DNA of 64,000 bases from Patescibacteria group bacterium (GTDB lineage: Bacteria > Patescibacteriota > Patescibacteriia > JAXHNJ01): assembly GCA_034520665.1 (NCBI GenBank), contig JAXHNJ010000002.1:62230-126229 (forward strand), in the 5' to 3' direction. The notes under the pieces are model-generated. The model was not told the origin of the DNA, did no database searches, and worked only from the letters and a program-made list of their open reading frames with translations. Shown in pieces: positions 62,326 to 64,000 of this stretch. A program made the translations under genes and the position numbers. The first letter of the stretch is position 1, and the number at the start of each line of letters is the position of its first letter.

Positions 62326-64000
62326 TTAAACCTTTCTATACTGGCAAATATTTTTAAAGTCACAGTACCGGCATTTATACTTTGAAGGAGTAGCCTTAAA
62401 ATCACTTTTCATTATCTGCTCAATCGTCTCTGTTACTTCCTTTTTTATTTTTTGGGCTTCTTTTTTTTGCGGCTGGACCGAAAACTTTTTATTATCTTCA
62501 ATATAGTAATAAGTTAACTTAAGTGGCTTAAGTTTAAATACTTCCCAGCTAGCTAAAGCATAGATGAAAAGCTGTTTAAAATCAATTTTATTTTTTGACG
62601 AGGGCAAATTACCGGTTTTATAATCGATAATTTCTACTGCCCCCCCTGAGCTAGCCGAAGAGTCTTTTCTAATTTCATCCATCCGATCTATAAAACCTTT
62701 AACTGTATAATCACCAAATTTTATATTAAAACCTTTTTCTAAAAACATAGGTACTTTTAAGGAATCTTTATTTATTTTATAAAACTTTTTTAAAGCTTTT
62801 TCTCCCTGTTTTTTTCTTGTTAATTCATGATCTTTGGAATCATACCACTCGTCAAGCCAATTTTTGCGGTACAAAGACAATAAATCTTTTTGGCTGGGCT
62901 TTTTATCCTGCTGGACCATTCGGTAAAAATCATACAAAGTGCGGTGAATACTTTTACCAAAAGAGAAAGTGCCCTTGCCTTTAACCGGTACTTTTAAAAT
63001 ATGGGCCAAGCGATATTGGTAAGGACAGGTTTCAAAGGCCCGTATTTGAGTATAGGAAAATTTCTGAGGCAAATAAGCTAAATCATCTTTGACTCTTTTA
63101 AATTTATGCTTTTTAGAGAAACTGTTAATAATTAATTTTTCTTTTTTTTGCTTCGGGCCGGACTCATCTTTTTTAACCAGCCCGGTTTCATATAAAAATT
63201 TGGATAACTTTTTTTTGCGGCTGCCGCCGTAATTATCGGCACTGGTCAGATAAATTCCTTTTTTGGCGCGAGTTATAGCTACATAAAACAAACGGCGCTC
63301 TTCCTGAAGATGAATATCACCACTAGGCAAAGTCTCTTTTATCAAATTATCTGGTAATTCAATAGGATCGCGGCGGTTAATCGAAGGAAATCTTTTATTA
63401 ACCAAATTAACCACAAAGACATGCTCAAATTCCAGTCCCTTGGCTTGGTGAATGGTCATTACCTTGACTGAATCTGGTCCTTCTTCCAGATTATTTTTTA
63501 AGGGACCGGTCTCTCCAGCTTCTTGGGCTAGCTCTAATTCCTGCATAAAATTTTTCACGGTTTTGTCCTGATTAAGTCTTTCAAAATTACTGGCTACTTT
63601 AAAAAACTGATTAATATTTAATATTTTCTCATGGGCTTTTTTGCTTTGCTTTTGGCTTAAATATTTAAAAAGATTAGAATCAGAAACAAATTGGTAAAGC
63701 GCTTTTAAGGTTCCTTTCTTTTGGCCGGTCTGGGTCTGTTTTTTAATCATTTCTATAATTTCTTTGACCGTTTTCTTGGTACTGGGTGAAATACCTTCAA
63801 TCTCATTAATATGATCAAGAATTTCAAACAAAGATTTATTCTTTTTATTGGCCCGGTATAAGAGTTTCATAATATCATTTACTGTCACTTTAAAAATAGG
63901 CATGGCTAAAACCCGATACATAGCCGTACTTTCATGATAATTATCCAGCAGTTTTAAATAAGAAATTAAATCGATTATTTCCGGTTTCTGAAAAAGTCCG
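62326..64000 (-). CDS. UvrD/PcrA-like helicase with C-terminal PD-(D/E)xK nuclease, partial (5' end off window)
   Basis: MTIHQAKGLEF, EERRLFYVAITRA, GFIDRMD..IIDYKTG, CRYCDFKNIC. Confidence 0.92.
   Translation of the reverse strand, partial: GLFQKPEIIDLISYLKLLDNYHESTAMYRVLAMPIFKVTVNDIMKLLYRANKKNKSLFEILDHINEIEGISPSTKKTVKEIIEMIKKQTQTGQKKGTLKALYQFVSDSNLFKYLSQKQSKKAHEKILNINQFFKVASNFERLNQDKTVKNFMQELELAQEAGETGPLKNNLEEGPDSVKVMTIHQAKGLEFEHVFVVNLVNKRFPSINRRDPIELPDNLIKETLPSGDIHLQEERRLFYVAITRAKKGIYLTSADNYGGSRKKKLSKFLYETGLVKKDESGPKQKKEKLIINSFSKKHKFKRVKDDLAYLPQKFSYTQIRAFETCPYQYRLAHILKVPVKGKGTFSFGKSIHRTLYDFYRMVQQDKKPSQKDLLSLYRKNWLDEWYDSKDHELTRKKQGEKALKKFYKINKDSLKVPMFLEKGFNIKFGDYTVKGFIDRMDEIRKDSSASSGGAVEIIDYKTGNLPSSKNKIDFKQLFIYALASWEVFKLKPLKLTYYYIEDNKKFSVQPQKKEAQKIKKEVTETIEQIMKSDFKATPSKYKCRYCDFKNICQYRKV

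Overview
AT-rich bacterial chromosome segment. Gene content and style point to Patescibacteria/CPR (Parcubacteria-like), standard genetic code; the taxon is inferred. Bases ~12.5-64 kb are mostly housekeeping genes (tsf, rpsB, rpmE, prfA, prmC, rplY, rodA, dnaE, thrS with a T-box, miaB, miaA, gatB, tmk, thyX, dut, rplA, rplK, nusG, secE, gyrB, pheST, a UvrD-nuclease). Accessory genes are interspersed: a porin-like protein, a pyrB-pyrI fusion, three tandem sigma70 paralogs, a papain-like multidomain protease and CarS. The most striking feature is the first 10 kb, downstream of tRNA-Trp: a tandem array of at least three cassettes of the form [promoter repeat - FeeM-like N-acyl amino acid synthase - tailoring enzyme(s) - 7TM/GAF sensor input domain]. 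Cassettes are joined by a ~200-bp direct repeat with an invariant 30-bp core that cuts each sensor off where a histidine kinase domain would normally begin. Sensor decay increases towards the tRNA. This suggests a cassette-switching signal/receptor (pherotype) locus; the kinase is predicted, not seen, beyond the left edge. Next to it is a tRNA cluster (Thr-Tyr-Thr-Trp) full of duplicated tRNA fragments broken by short palindromic insertions, GIY-YIG remnants and a repeat-flanked four-helix-bundle gene.
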